From: a virus
Reading direction: 5' to 3' (one strand)
IMG/VR virus record: IMGVR_UViG_3300028394_002011
Length of the DNA stretch: 64,000 nucleotides
Shown: positions 18,319-28,202 of the stretch, piece by piece
How positions within the stretch are numbered: position 1 is the first letter of the stretch
How the letters are laid out: the number at the start of each line of letters is the position of its first letter
Position numbers and translations under genes: made by a program
Notes under the pieces: generated by a model
What the model was told of the DNA's origin: nothing
Databases searched by the model: none
The model's input: the letters and a program-made list of their open reading frames with translations, nothing else

Positions 18319-18347
18319 ATAATACACTATTATAATTATCTAGTCAA
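18319..18347 (-). promoter_or_regulatory. sigma70-like promoter of the GT cassette, with an inverted repeat over the -10
   Basis: TTGACT-N17-TATTAT on the minus strand; IR ATAGTGTA-N4-TACACTAT at 18311-18330. Confidence 0.6.
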
Positions 18348-18381
18348 GGAAATTAGATCAGTTATTATGAATATGTTTAAT

Positions 18382-18633
18382 TTATGATTGAACAGGTTGG
18401 ATATGTGTCCATGCCAATTGTTCTTCTACGCTGACGGTCATATAATTTTGGTAATCTTCTATTGTGCGTTGTACAAATGTAGGATCTTGCTGGATTGCTA
18501 GATTACGATGAACGACAGCATCCAACTGCTCTTGCGTGAATTTTAGATTTTGATAAGTTTCAATTAATTCATCTGATGGAGTTTCGTCAAGTCCAGTTAT
18601 GAATGTGTCAATAATTTGCTGTCTTGTTAGCAT
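18382..18633 (-). CDS. Small protein downstream of the fibre gene (possible assembly chaperone)
   Basis: AAGGA RBS; position directly after the 862-aa fibre gene. Confidence 0.55.
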   Translation of the reverse strand: MLTRQQIIDTFITGLDETPSDELIETYQNLKFTQEQLDAVVHRNLAIQQDPTFVQRTIEDYQNYMTVSVEEQLAWTHIQPVQS

Positions 18634-18641
18634 GTTATTCC

Positions 18642-21230
18642 TTATGGTTTATCTGAAAATACGTTATATCCAGAGCCGTATCCAAAGCTGGTTTTTGGTC
18701 CTGTTTGGGTTTCCGGTGCACCGCCAAATGCATCAAGGAATTGCTGAGAACTAGTGGTCAATCCATTGCTTACTAGAAAGTTAGTCCAATAAGCAACGCC
18801 GCTGGATTCTGGTCGACGATACAATTGATATCTAGTGCCGCCGTCTGATACTGTAAAGGTACCATTTCCTGCATAGAAAGAAATCACACTAGCGGCAACA
18901 CTTTGGGATGCACCAAATTCTTGCGCAAAACCATTAGACAACGTATATGGTGTATATGTAGCATTAGCAGGAACATATATAGCAGTGCTGTAAGAATTAT
19001 AGCCGGATGCTGATACAGTTACATACACATATCCAGCATCATGTGGTCCGTTAAATCCAACTATTGCATTGTTTATGTCGCCACTAAATGTACCAGAATT
19101 GCCTTGGCCAAAACCTGACTGTATGCTAAGGCCAGTACTTACAGACCAAGATTGTGTAGCGGGCCCGTTGTTGTCTTTGAAAATCTGTATGTAATAGGCT
19201 TTTGTTTGGAAAGGAGTGACTGGAATTGTGTAATTATAGTACGGCCCAACTGCGCCAGCAGCCAATGTTGGAGTTGGTGCGGGAGGATCAGGCGGTGGAG
19301 GCGGTGGAGGTGTTTGACTAGTATCACCAATTGTTACTGTAGGACTGGTTGCTATAATCTGTCCAGTGACGCTGGTACTTCTAAGCGATACTGAAAAACT
19401 TTCAGGGCCTTCTGTAGTTGAGTCCGATGTAGGAGTTACTGTAAACTGTCCTGCATTTGAATTTATTGTAACCGTTCCGCCAACATTATTACTAAAATCT
19501 GCATTCGTACTTGTATTGTTGTTAATAGTCCAATATAATACAGTTCCGTTAGCCACACGCGAAGTGGTAACATAAAATATTAGGCCGTTGCCTTCGTTGA
19601 CACTGTACACCGATGGGGCTACATCGTAAGTTGGTACTAATGGAGTGGTACTAGCATCATTTATTGTCACTGTACTGCTGGTTACTAATAACGGTCCGTT
19701 TACGCTATCAGAATGTAATTCCAAAATAAGAGTTTCGGGGCCTTCTGTTGTAAGATCAGCAGTTGCCGATCGTGTAATACTACCAGTTCCATTACTTATA
19801 ACAACAGTTCCGTCGTTGACACTATTTGGAAAATCAGTACTGTTAGTAGTGCCTACATTAATCCAATATAGTACAGTACCTGTAGGAACCCCGGTTGTAG
19901 TAATAGTAAAAATAACAGGTAATCCTTCATCTTGAGAAAGAACATTTGGTGTTATTGAATAACTAATAGGAGTTAATGATGTATCGTTGATTGTTACTGT
20001 ATCAGCTGTTGCTACCAGAATACCTGTAACAGATCCAGTTAACAATTGTAAAATAATAGTTTCAGTACTTTCTGTTATTAAGTCTGAACGTATTTGTCTA
20101 GTTATAGTACCAATATCAGCTGTTATAGTAACAGTTCCTGAATTGTTTCCATCAGTAAAATCTGATGCTGTAGAAGATCCTAAATTTTTCCAATATAATA
20201 CAGTGCCGTTTGAAACGTTATCGGTACTAACCGTATAAGTAACTGTACTACCTTCATTTACTAAGGTAGCACTAGGTCGTATGCTGTAAGACGGCGGAGG
20301 TGTAGAATATGCTGAAGAATATGTCCATGCAGTTCCACTAAATTGTGTTTGCGGATATGCAACAGCTACGTTTGCGCCAGTAGCAATATACATCTGACAA
20401 AAACTATTTAAAGTTCCAAGAACTGGCTCAAATACTCTATAGCCACCGTCGTTACCAGCATCTGTATAACTCCAAGTTGGAGTAAGTATCAGTGCTGATC
20501 CACCTGATATTCTTGCATATAAATCATATTGATTAGGAGTATATTGATTGCCAGCTTCAACTAATTTACTAAAAATCAATTGGTTAGTAGAAGTTAAATT
20601 AACAAAACCAATGTTAGTAGCAGGCGTTCCTGTTCCAGTATTGGTAGTTGTTGAATTTGACAACTTTATTATCCCCATATTTCTTAATAATACTTCCCAC
20701 GATTCATTGACTAACTTACTATCTCCGGTTGTGGCAAAATTAGTAAGCGAGGAACTAACTTGAAAATTTCCCCCGGCATTAAAAAACCAACGAAGATTAT
20801 CTGCTGTTCCAAATTCTATAGTTATTGATTGGTCAACTGTGGAATTCCAACCTGAAGATCTGTTTGAAGTTATTAGAGTTACAAAGCTAGCTTCGCCGCT
20901 AGGCGGGGTGATAGTTCTATTATTTCTAATTAGATTTGCCATGCTCAAATATGCCGCACGGTCTGCTTCAGTTAATTTAATATCAAGTGTAGGAAGACCC
21001 AAATTTCCAGATTCATCTACACCACTTTGATGCTGTCTAGCTTTAAGGAGATCGTTTCTTAAAGAATTCCACTGGGAAACGGTGACAATAGAATATTGGG
21101 CAACTTGACTACTAGTAACTGTTTGTCCGTAGCCGGAGTCGCCTGAGCCAGCGCCAAGCACACCATTTAATATAGATTGTATTTGATTGTAATCTAAATA
21201 TTCTACTTTAGATCCGACGCCTGCTGCCAT
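18642..21230 (-). CDS. Virion fibre/adhesin: conserved N-domain, three Calx-beta-like repeats, Pro linker, C-terminal domain
   Basis: N-terminal ~300 aa paralogous to 21301-22182; three repeats VxEG...GTVLYW...DF...TE..E; PPPPPPPDPP linker. Confidence 0.7.
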   Translation of the reverse strand: MAAGVGSKVEYLDYNQIQSILNGVLGAGSGDSGYGQTVTSSQVAQYSIVTVSQWNSLRNDLLKARQHQSGVDESGNLGLPTLDIKLTEADRAAYLSMANLIRNNRTITPPSGEASFVTLITSNRSSGWNSTVDQSITIEFGTADNLRWFFNAGGNFQVSSSLTNFATTGDSKLVNESWEVLLRNMGIIKLSNSTTTNTGTGTPATNIGFVNLTSTNQLIFSKLVEAGNQYTPNQYDLYARISGGSALILTPTWSYTDAGNDGGYRVFEPVLGTLNSFCQMYIATGANVAVAYPQTQFSGTAWTYSSAYSTPPPSYSIRPSATLVNEGSTVTYTVSTDNVSNGTVLYWKNLGSSTASDFTDGNNSGTVTITADIGTITRQIRSDLITESTETIILQLLTGSVTGILVATADTVTINDTSLTPISYSITPNVLSQDEGLPVIFTITTTGVPTGTVLYWINVGTTNSTDFPNSVNDGTVVISNGTGSITRSATADLTTEGPETLILELHSDSVNGPLLVTSSTVTINDASTTPLVPTYDVAPSVYSVNEGNGLIFYVTTSRVANGTVLYWTINNNTSTNADFSNNVGGTVTINSNAGQFTVTPTSDSTTEGPESFSVSLRSTSVTGQIIATSPTVTIGDTSQTPPPPPPPDPPAPTPTLAAGAVGPYYNYTIPVTPFQTKAYYIQIFKDNNGPATQSWSVSTGLSIQSGFGQGNSGTFSGDINNAIVGFNGPHDAGYVYVTVSASGYNSYSTAIYVPANATYTPYTLSNGFAQEFGASQSVAASVISFYAGNGTFTVSDGGTRYQLYRRPESSGVAYWTNFLVSNGLTTSSQQFLDAFGGAPETQTGPKTSFGYGSGYNVFSDKP

Positions 21231-21251
21231 TATTGTCCCCTATTATATGTG

Positions 21252-21258
21252 TATTTAT
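21252..21258 (-). promoter_or_regulatory. Late promoter motif ATAAATA
   Basis: Intergenic, about 22 nt upstream of the 21230 start. Confidence 0.6.
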
Positions 21259-21300
21259 TATCAAAGTATTAGTGTTAAAAATACTTTATCTTACACATTT

Positions 21301-22182
21301 TTATAAATTAGTCGTGGAACTTGTCGGAGGTGTTACCGAAACGTTGACTCCGCTAGCAGTATATGCTTGAACCAAACTAGTTAATGTACCATCTGCTGGT
21401 TCAAAATTTCCATAATTTCCATCTTCTACATAACTCCAAGTTGGAGTAAAAATAATGCTATTATTAGATTTTTTCACGTACAACTGATATTGATTAGGAG
21501 TATATTGGTTTCCTGCTTCAACTAGTTTAGTAAAAACCAGCTGATTTGTAGTGGTCAAATTATAAAAACCAATTGACTGAGCTGTTCCTGTTCCAGTACT
21601 AGTAGTTGAGTATGCATTAAAGCTAATAATTCCCATATTTGCTAGTAATGTAGCCCATGATTGATTAACCAATAAACTAATACCAGCAGAATATCCAGTC
21701 ATTGAAGCACTAAATTTAATAGAACTGCCGCTATTAAAAAAATATCTACTTTCATTTTCCGATGCAAAAGATACAGTTACTTGATGACTAATAGTAGTTG
21801 CCCATGGAGAAGTTCGGGTGACAGTTTGTAAATTTGTTAATGACGCTTGATCACTAGGGGGTATTACTAATCTATTTGTCGTAATAGTATCAGAAAATGT
21901 GTTATAAGCTAATCTGTCAGATTCTTTTATACGAGTTGTAGTTGATGCAATAGATAATAAGCCGCTTTCATCTGTTGCAGTTTGATGTCTACGTGCTTTC
22001 AATAAATCATTTCTTAAAGCATTCCATTGAGCTACTGTAATTCTGTTTGTCCTAGCAACTTGACTACTAGTAACTGTTTGTCCGTAGCCATAGTCGCCCG
22101 AACCAGTACCTAATATATTGTTGACTTTAGATTGTATAGTATTGTAATCAGTTGCTAAAACAGCAGTATTTACGCCAGCCAT
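21301..22182 (-). CDS. Virion structural protein (tail/baseplate appendage)
   Basis: Thr/Ser-rich; paralog of the N-terminus of 18642-21230. Confidence 0.7.
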   Translation of the reverse strand: MAGVNTAVLATDYNTIQSKVNNILGTGSGDYGYGQTVTSSQVARTNRITVAQWNALRNDLLKARRHQTATDESGLLSIASTTTRIKESDRLAYNTFSDTITTNRLVIPPSDQASLTNLQTVTRTSPWATTISHQVTVSFASENESRYFFNSGSSIKFSASMTGYSAGISLLVNQSWATLLANMGIISFNAYSTTSTGTGTAQSIGFYNLTTTNQLVFTKLVEAGNQYTPNQYQLYVKKSNNSIIFTPTWSYVEDGNYGNFEPADGTLTSLVQAYTASGVNVSVTPPTSSTTNL

Positions 22183-22192
22183 GAGAATTCCT

Positions 22193-23668
22193 TTATAATA
22201 TTATGCATTCAACTAATTTAACTAAAGGATCTGTATTACTTTCTAATGCTATAGCAAACGTGTCTGGGTTGCCGGCACCAGCGGACTGCGCTGTTCCGTT
22301 TAAGCCAGCAACTAAATGCTGACCTTTAACAATTGGTCCAGTAACTTTTACTGGAACTCTGCCCTTTAATGCAATGACTGTTCCGTTTTCTAAATCTTTA
22401 TTCATTAAATAGGCAGGATTTGCAGACACTGGGCCAATTGCTCGGCTACCAATAGTACAAGCAGTAACTTCTTTTTCGCCTCCAACCATTAAAACTGTAC
22501 CAACTTCATACTCAGCATCAGCAAGATATTTTTCTGCTAAGTCAGCATAGTTAGCTTGTGTTGCTACTCCTGAAAATAAAATTGCTGAAAGTGTTCCTAC
22601 TCCATCTCTAGCGGCAATAGTGTTAATGCCCGGATCTGTACTTGCAGATCTATAAGTACCGTTAACAGTTAATTTATCTGCTTGTTCAACAGTAGCGTAT
22701 ATATAGTTTGCGTATACGTCTTTAAATTTTAAAGTAGGAGATCCTAAATTAGAAGTAAGGGTTAGTCCTGGTACAATATCAGTACCTACTAGTTTCATTG
22801 GAGTTTTTTCAGCACTTGAAACAGTTGTTTTAAAAACAATAGTATCACCTTGCTGATTATAAATTGTTGGAGTAGTAGCACTGTCATTAAAAACACGTAA
22901 TTTAACAACTGGATTACCAACTGTATATCCTACATCAGCAAAATTAATTGAAGAGGTAAAACTTGTTGCACCGGCCCGTACAAATTCACCAATCTCATAT
23001 CCACCTAATCTTTCCGAGTTTGTTGCTGTTCCAAAGAATCTATGACCACTGGTAGTTTGGCCAAGTTGCGAACCTTCTGAATTAGTGTAGCATAAGGTAA
23101 CACCTTGACGAATTTTTGTAAACCCAGTAATTGCATTAACAGCGGCATTTAACGTGAAATCTGCATCAGAACTGATAGTAAAAATAGTTTGTCCGTTGGA
23201 AATACCTTGTATAACTGCATGAGGAGCACCATTAGTGTCTGTTAAACTAACTGATCGCATTTGTGTTGTTGCTGATCCAGCAACACCTTGTGGGCCAATC
23301 AATTCAAATCTAGATCCAGTCCATGCATGTAGCTGGGTATTTGATTTATCCCACCAAAAATCGCCTTCTGATAACCCAGTTGGAGGTGTGGTAGAAACTT
23401 CGGCACCACCAGTTGTTTTAAATTTTGTACCGTCGTAAAATTTTAATTTGTTGTTAGAACTATCAAACCATACCTGTCCTGAAAGTGGACGTGGGGGTTG
23501 GGTAGGACTAGCAAAGTTTTCAAGTAAAAATACAAGATTTTCATTTTGTATTTCACCGTACCCTGCGTAATTTTTACCAATTAATTTAACATCGAGCGTG
23601 GTATCAATAGTGCCGTCAGCAACTACTGTAATTTGTGCTCCATTATATCTGTTTATAGTGTATGCCAT
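22193..23668 (-). CDS. Tail fibre-like protein with C-terminal chaperone/peptidase-G2-like domain
   Basis: Shared N-terminal GKNYAGYG...ENLV.LLENFA motif; C-terminal YADLAEKY...EVGTVL...GRVPVKV. Confidence 0.65.
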   Translation of the reverse strand: MAYTINRYNGAQITVVADGTIDTTLDVKLIGKNYAGYGEIQNENLVFLLENFASPTQPPRPLSGQVWFDSSNNKLKFYDGTKFKTTGGAEVSTTPPTGLSEGDFWWDKSNTQLHAWTGSRFELIGPQGVAGSATTQMRSVSLTDTNGAPHAVIQGISNGQTIFTISSDADFTLNAAVNAITGFTKIRQGVTLCYTNSEGSQLGQTTSGHRFFGTATNSERLGGYEIGEFVRAGATSFTSSINFADVGYTVGNPVVKLRVFNDSATTPTIYNQQGDTIVFKTTVSSAEKTPMKLVGTDIVPGLTLTSNLGSPTLKFKDVYANYIYATVEQADKLTVNGTYRSASTDPGINTIAARDGVGTLSAILFSGVATQANYADLAEKYLADAEYEVGTVLMVGGEKEVTACTIGSRAIGPVSANPAYLMNKDLENGTVIALKGRVPVKVTGPIVKGQHLVAGLNGTAQSAGAGNPDTFAIALESNTDPLVKLVECIIL

Positions 23669-23690
23669 TGCGCTCTTTTCCTTATTTCAG

Positions 23691-23697
23691 TATTTAT
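23691..23697 (-). promoter_or_regulatory. Late promoter motif ATAAATA
   Basis: About 23 nt upstream of the 23668 start. Confidence 0.55.
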
Positions 23698-23709
23698 GCT
23701 AATTTGCTG

Positions 23710-25392
23710 TTATAGCGGGCCGCCGTACTGCCATTCTTTTGTATCGCCAACAGTTGGTGTTAGGTTAAATTGCTTATATCGACTGTTTAAATCAGTTCCA
23801 GCTTCTGGTTTATCTGTACAAATTAAACGTAATTTTGTACCAGATTCGTGTTCAGTTGGTGGAAATATCTTTGCAAGAATTCCTGTAGCAATTTGCGCTG
23901 GTGTTAATCCAGTAGTGTCTGCACTTAATCCTAGCGAAGCTATTCGTACTGTATAATCTACATATGATTTGTTGGCGCCGTGCCCTGGGTCGGTAGGAGT
24001 GGCTAAATTTGAAATATTAGAATTATTTACACTCACCGTTCCAGAACCGTTAGGACTTAATACAATATTAGCGTTGGCTGTTGTGCTGGATATTGTAGTA
24101 TTATTAAAATTTAGATTACTAACTTGTAGGCTAGTTAACGTGCCAACGCTGGTTAAACCTGGAGCACTAGCTACTGTTGTACCTAATGATGTTTGACTTA
24201 ATACATCAAATCCTGCAATTCTATAAGTTTTATTAGTTGCTAAATTAAAATTTTCAGAAGACGACCACGTTGACCCAGTGCTGTTCCAAATAAGAGTTTT
24301 ATCGCCATCAGTGCCACCTTCAACTGAGATTCCGCCGCCGTTGGCTGTAGAATTTGAAGGCGATGCAACTTTTGCTAATTCAATTAATTTGTCGGCTATT
24401 TCAACATTGGTTGTATTAACTGAAGTTAAGTTACCTTCCACTGTTAGATTGCCACGTATACGTGCATCGCCATTAACATCTAATGTTGCTGTTGGCAATT
24501 CTGTATAAACACCCATACGTTGTGTAGTAGCATTAATAAAAAACGCAGTGGTTAGTCCACTGCCACTTAGCAAATTAACTCCAAAGTTTTGATTACTTGT
24601 ATTAGATTTAAACTGAAATATAGACGTTGTAGCATTAATTTCAGTACTTGCACCTTCTCCAAGAACTAATGGGACTGCATTTTGTATAGATATTGTTCCT
24701 GTTGTAGCAGAGTCGTCTAGTGTAGACAAAAAATTGGCAGCAGTTCTTGGAGTACCATCTGCGGCCAACAACGAGTCTGCTTGGGATGTTGGCACTGCAA
24801 ATTTTACTCCAGATAATGTACTAACATTGAATCCAGATGTAATGTTTCCTGAAAACCCAGCAATTGCCGAACCTGGAGTAAAAGAATCTTTACTAAAAAT
24901 TCCTAACAACGACTGTGCTACATATAATTTTAAAATAGTATGCGAAACACCAACAGTATCAAGTATGTCTTCAGCATTAAGTCCTGTTATTCCTTGAGCA
25001 GATGTATAAATTGGGCCTGCAAGTTTTGTTGATAATCCGTCATTAAAATATAATTGTTGTCTAGTACTGTCAATCCAAATATCTCCTGCTGAGATTGAAC
25101 TTGGAACAGTTTTAGAAATAATAGTGCCGCCGCTTACTTTAAAATTGTTTCCGTCGTACACTTTTAATCTATTTTCAGTAGTATCAAACCATAATTGTCC
25201 AGTTAGCGGATACGAAGGTTGTGAAGTACTTGCAAAATTTTCTAATAATTTGACTAAATTTTCATTAATAAAAATACCGTAACCTGCAAGATTTTTTCCA
25301 ATAAGGGTAAGGTCTGTTGAAGTTTGATCCAAACTTCCGTCAACAATTTGTGTTATTGTTGTGCCATCTGTTTTTGTAATTGTGTAGCTCAT
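23710..25392 (-). CDS. Tail fibre-like protein (paralog)
   Basis: Same N-terminal motif GKNLAGYG..INENLVKLLENFA..GQLWFD. Confidence 0.7.
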   Translation of the reverse strand: MSYTITKTDGTTITQIVDGSLDQTSTDLTLIGKNLAGYGIFINENLVKLLENFASTSQPSYPLTGQLWFDTTENRLKVYDGNNFKVSGGTIISKTVPSSISAGDIWIDSTRQQLYFNDGLSTKLAGPIYTSAQGITGLNAEDILDTVGVSHTILKLYVAQSLLGIFSKDSFTPGSAIAGFSGNITSGFNVSTLSGVKFAVPTSQADSLLAADGTPRTAANFLSTLDDSATTGTISIQNAVPLVLGEGASTEINATTSIFQFKSNTSNQNFGVNLLSGSGLTTAFFINATTQRMGVYTELPTATLDVNGDARIRGNLTVEGNLTSVNTTNVEIADKLIELAKVASPSNSTANGGGISVEGGTDGDKTLIWNSTGSTWSSSENFNLATNKTYRIAGFDVLSQTSLGTTVASAPGLTSVGTLTSLQVSNLNFNNTTISSTTANANIVLSPNGSGTVSVNNSNISNLATPTDPGHGANKSYVDYTVRIASLGLSADTTGLTPAQIATGILAKIFPPTEHESGTKLRLICTDKPEAGTDLNSRYKQFNLTPTVGDTKEWQYGGPL

Positions 25393-27515
25393 TATAGGAC
25401 ACCAGTAAAAATTATATAATTTATAGTTGTATAAGGATTCATTATTGTAACTGCTGATCCTAGCGTACTTGAAATGATTCCACCACTATTTGGTAACCCA
25501 GAACCAGTACTTGAATTTGGAAGACCTAATCCTGGAACTGCTGCCGTGTCACTAACACCGCTAGGTAATCCTGCCGCATAGTACTGAGCAGACGTACTGC
25601 TAAGATTATGTTTATGGTCTGGTAAATTATTAACTGACAACGTAACTGTTTGAGATCCAGATCCTGTACCAACTATGTCAGCTGTAACGTCAGTAACTCT
25701 ATTAGCTGAGCCGCCGCCAGCATCGATCAAAATACTAGCATCGTCTTTTGATGGAATCCTCTGGCCGTTGTCCATACTGTCTCTACCTAGAGGGAATCGA
25801 CCTCTCAAATCAGGTAATGCAAATGTTGCGGCGCCTAGTAGTAAGGTGGCTGATTTATATGTGTATCCTATAACTCCATATAGTGCAGGGTAATCAGCTG
25901 TTTTGACTTCGCTACCATCACATAACAAATAGCCTGGTGGCACTGTTGTACCTGCATATGGCATTATTACACCAATTGGAACTGTTGCTACATGACTTAA
26001 CAATGTTTCCTTAGTCATTCGTAACAAGTTACTACTACCACTGCGATAAACTAAAAGTTGATCCGATAATAATGAATCCGTTGCCGCTGGCTTATTACTA
26101 ATAAAATTTTGACTAATTGTTGTTGTAAATGTTGCAGTTCCTAACGAGCTTTGTCCTGTAAAACTGATATTATCACTACTAACATCTCCTTGCATACTAA
26201 AAACAGTTGGGCTAGCTAGTCGTGCGGCCGATCCGCTAATACTACCTTGTAATGTTCCGGTAAATGTTCCAGAAAAATTTCCTACAAAAGATTCAGCATA
26301 TATATTTCTAAAAGATGCAGTACTAGAACCAATATCAAATATTCCAGTTGTAGATGGCAATATTACGGAACCTGGAGATTCTAGTCCTGTAGTAGGATCT
26401 AATGTATTTAAATATAGTTTACCGTTAATTATTGCATCTTTACCGACTCTAATATTTTTACTTAAAGAAATACCGCCTGTTGTTTTAATACTTCCAATAG
26501 TTAACGATGTTGCATCAGTAGTACTCGTTACTGACAAGTCGCCACTAGAAGTAAATGTACCAGCAACATCTAAAGTAGCAGTAGGAGAAGTATTATTTGA
26601 TCCAATACCCACTCGAGCCAATGCATCAATATGTAAAACAGTAACCGGAACACTATTATTGTTTAATCTAAAATCAACACTATCTCCACTAGACTTTGAA
26701 TATAAAACTGTGCTAGTGCCATCTCGTCCAATATTAAAGCTGGAATTGCTACCAATGGTCAAACCGCCGTCAGCTCGGATTGTTAAAGGAAAGTTACTAG
26801 TACTAGATGTGTCAGACCTTAGAAAATTTGCAGAGGGTATCGAAACACCTGAAACTAATAATGCATCAGAGTTACTGGCAGTTCCCCATATTCTTGATAA
26901 ACTTGTAGTGTTAGTCGAATCAGTTGTGCTAAGATTAAAACCTTGATTAATGGTTGTAAAGCCAACAATTGTTGATTTTGGAGTAAATGTCTCTTTGCTG
27001 ATAATTGCCAACTGATAGTTGTTGGCGTATAAAGATATCACACTGTGAGTTACGTTGGATGTGTCAACAATTGTGTCAACTACCGTGCCTGTTAAACTGC
27101 CAGAACTGAATTGTGGACCAACCAACAGCCAATTACTACCAGAGAACACATATAACTGTGCTGTAGTAGTGTTGACCCACAAGTCTCCCGGATTGCTGTT
27201 AGCGGCTAAAGGGGCCGCGCCTGCTTTTTTTACAGATCCCGCCGATGTCCAAATTGTTCCGTCAAACACTTTTAACAAACTTACACCGCTGGTATTATCA
27301 TACCATAATTGTCCTTCAACTGGATTTGCCGGGGCTGTGTTATTTGCAAAATTTTCTAATAAATGCAAAAAGTTGTTTGCAACAACTGGAGCATAACCTG
27401 CATAATTTTTTCCTACAAACGTTAAACTTGTTTGTGAATTTAAAGTTTGATCTGCTACAGTTAGCGCAGGTTTTGCAGGATTAGTTGTTTCGGTGAATGT
27501 AACTTGATAACTCAT
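25392..27515 (-). CDS. Tail fibre with tail-collar domain
   Basis: Same N-terminal motif; collar VPIGVIMPYAG...GYLLCDG...PDLRGRFPLG; C-terminal MNPYTTINYIIF. Confidence 0.8.
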   Translation of the reverse strand: MSYQVTFTETTNPAKPALTVADQTLNSQTSLTFVGKNYAGYAPVVANNFLHLLENFANNTAPANPVEGQLWYDNTSGVSLLKVFDGTIWTSAGSVKKAGAAPLAANSNPGDLWVNTTTAQLYVFSGSNWLLVGPQFSSGSLTGTVVDTIVDTSNVTHSVISLYANNYQLAIISKETFTPKSTIVGFTTINQGFNLSTTDSTNTTSLSRIWGTASNSDALLVSGVSIPSANFLRSDTSSTSNFPLTIRADGGLTIGSNSSFNIGRDGTSTVLYSKSSGDSVDFRLNNNSVPVTVLHIDALARVGIGSNNTSPTATLDVAGTFTSSGDLSVTSTTDATSLTIGSIKTTGGISLSKNIRVGKDAIINGKLYLNTLDPTTGLESPGSVILPSTTGIFDIGSSTASFRNIYAESFVGNFSGTFTGTLQGSISGSAARLASPTVFSMQGDVSSDNISFTGQSSLGTATFTTTISQNFISNKPAATDSLLSDQLLVYRSGSSNLLRMTKETLLSHVATVPIGVIMPYAGTTVPPGYLLCDGSEVKTADYPALYGVIGYTYKSATLLLGAATFALPDLRGRFPLGRDSMDNGQRIPSKDDASILIDAGGGSANRVTDVTADIVGTGSGSQTVTLSVNNLPDHKHNLSSTSAQYYAAGLPSGVSDTAAVPGLGLPNSSTGSGLPNSGGIISSTLGSAVTIMNPYTTINYIIFTGVL

Positions 27516-27518
27516 GTG

Positions 27519-28133
27519 TTATACTCCCACAATGCCAGTCAAACTTTGTATCCGTACAGTGTAATCAATTTGAATTAATCGATTTAAAGATTTCTGTACA
27601 GGGTGAAAAATCACATGTGTCAACAACAAACTAGAGCCGCTGGCACTGTAAGATTTTAACCCTAGTTCATCAAACACAAATGAACCGTTTGCATCTGTTG
27701 TGTTATCAAAGGCCTGCTGTCCTGAAGTGTTCCCATCGCCGTAGTCTAATAAACAGGTTACAAATACATCTGTATAGTTTGTACCAGTAACGTGTCTAAC
27801 TTCAATAAAGTTTCTGCTGGGGTCTTTGTTATTAACAGAATTTTGATTAACTATTTTCTGGAAAGTTTGATTGTATAAACTAGCATTGGATCCTGAACTG
27901 TTTGGAGTTAAGTATGTGATGATACCAGTTGGGTCAATGGCCGTTCCGCCGTTGCCGAATGCCATCTCGTACACAAATCCGTTACCGCTGTTTGCTATAC
28001 TGTTAGCCAATGCTATACTGATGTTTTCATAATGAATAGCATTACGCTTATTAATATAGACGGTTTTAGACTCAGGGTCCCATATTTTAATATGCCCTTC
28101 AATGTGGATTCCAGTTGTTTCTTGACTCTGCAT
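27519..28133 (-). CDS. Virion structural protein (baseplate/tail region)
   Basis: Context; HVIFHPVQKSLNRLIQIDYTVRI. Confidence 0.6.
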   Translation of the reverse strand: MQSQETTGIHIEGHIKIWDPESKTVYINKRNAIHYENISIALANSIANSGNGFVYEMAFGNGGTAIDPTGIITYLTPNSSGSNASLYNQTFQKIVNQNSVNNKDPSRNFIEVRHVTGTNYTDVFVTCLLDYGDGNTSGQQAFDNTTDANGSFVFDELGLKSYSASGSSLLLTHVIFHPVQKSLNRLIQIDYTVRIQSLTGIVGV

Positions 28134-28153
28134 AGTAGACTCTCTTTATATTG

Positions 28154-28160
28154 TATTTAT
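28154..28160 (-). promoter_or_regulatory. Late promoter motif ATAAATA
   Basis: About 21 nt upstream of the 28133 start. Confidence 0.6.
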
Positions 28161-28202
28161 CAAGTATTATTATCTGCTAGTTTAATGTTATAAGCATTGA
28201 AT

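Noticed and set aside
18642-27515. Diversity-generating retroelement or invertible fibre cassette
   Set aside because: No reverse transcriptase, no TR/VR pair differing at adenines, and no recombinase or flanking inverted repeats in the window.
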